From Betaproteobacteria bacterium (GTDB taxonomy: Bacteria > Pseudomonadota > Gammaproteobacteria > Burkholderiales > SG8-41): DNA of 42,898 nucleotides. The notes below the pieces were generated by a model, which saw nothing but the letters and a program-made list of their open reading frames with translations, had not been told where the DNA came from and searched no databases. The stretch spans positions 1 to 42,898 of the forward strand of contig JACQGO010000135.1 of NCBI GenBank assembly GCA_016199485.1. Direction: 5' to 3'. The translations under genes were made by a program, and so were the position numbers. Numbering within the stretch: position 1 is the stretch's first letter; every line of letters starts with the position of its first letter. Shown piece by piece: positions 42,841-42,898 of this stretch.

Positions 42841-42898
42841 CTTTTAAGCTCCTATTTGAACTCGAAGTGAAATATCCAACGCCTCAGTAAGTTTTTTA

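Larger units (their letters stand above)
1..42898. mobile_element. Near-complete HK97-like siphovirus genome (temperate-type organisation)
   Basis: Complete packaging, head, tail, lysis and replication gene set in lambdoid order. The HNH gene at the left end and terS at the right end would be adjacent on circularisation. No host housekeeping genes seen. Confidence 0.93.

Overview
The window looks like an essentially complete, GC-rich, HK97-like siphovirus genome of about 43 kb from a probably Gram-negative host. It appears to be linearised at or near its cos region, with the terminase-associated HNH gene at the left end and terS at the right end. The minus strand (42.8 to 17 kb) carries terS, terL, portal, S49 protease, major capsid, head and neck genes, two tail tube paralogues, frameshifted tail chaperones, tape measure, Dit, hub, tail tip and lysis genes. 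A short plus-strand island (14.3-16.9 kb) holds a catalytic-domain-only tyrosine recombinase and a small operon behind a sigma-54-type promoter. The leftward early/replication arm (14.2 to 0.4 kb) has an RHH regulator, a CII-like protein, an AAA_24 ATPase, a DUF1376 initiator with iterons, a DnaC-like loader, a DNA methyltransferase, RuvC, a GGQ release-factor domain and many small Zn-finger ORFs. The most unusual observations are: (1) an HNH homing endonuclease overprinted in the -1 frame inside a 570-nt in-frame insertion of the methyltransferase gene, with no intein or intron signature; (2) a ~190-nt tRNA-like RNA with acceptor, D and T arms but a large central domain; (3) a stand-alone GGQ protein; (4) a structured capsid-gene leader with three cCGACg hairpins; (5) a sigma-54/IHF/enhancer-type promoter; and (6) a small-gene array joined by a conserved junction motif. 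All calls come from reading the sequence by eye; no database searches were run.
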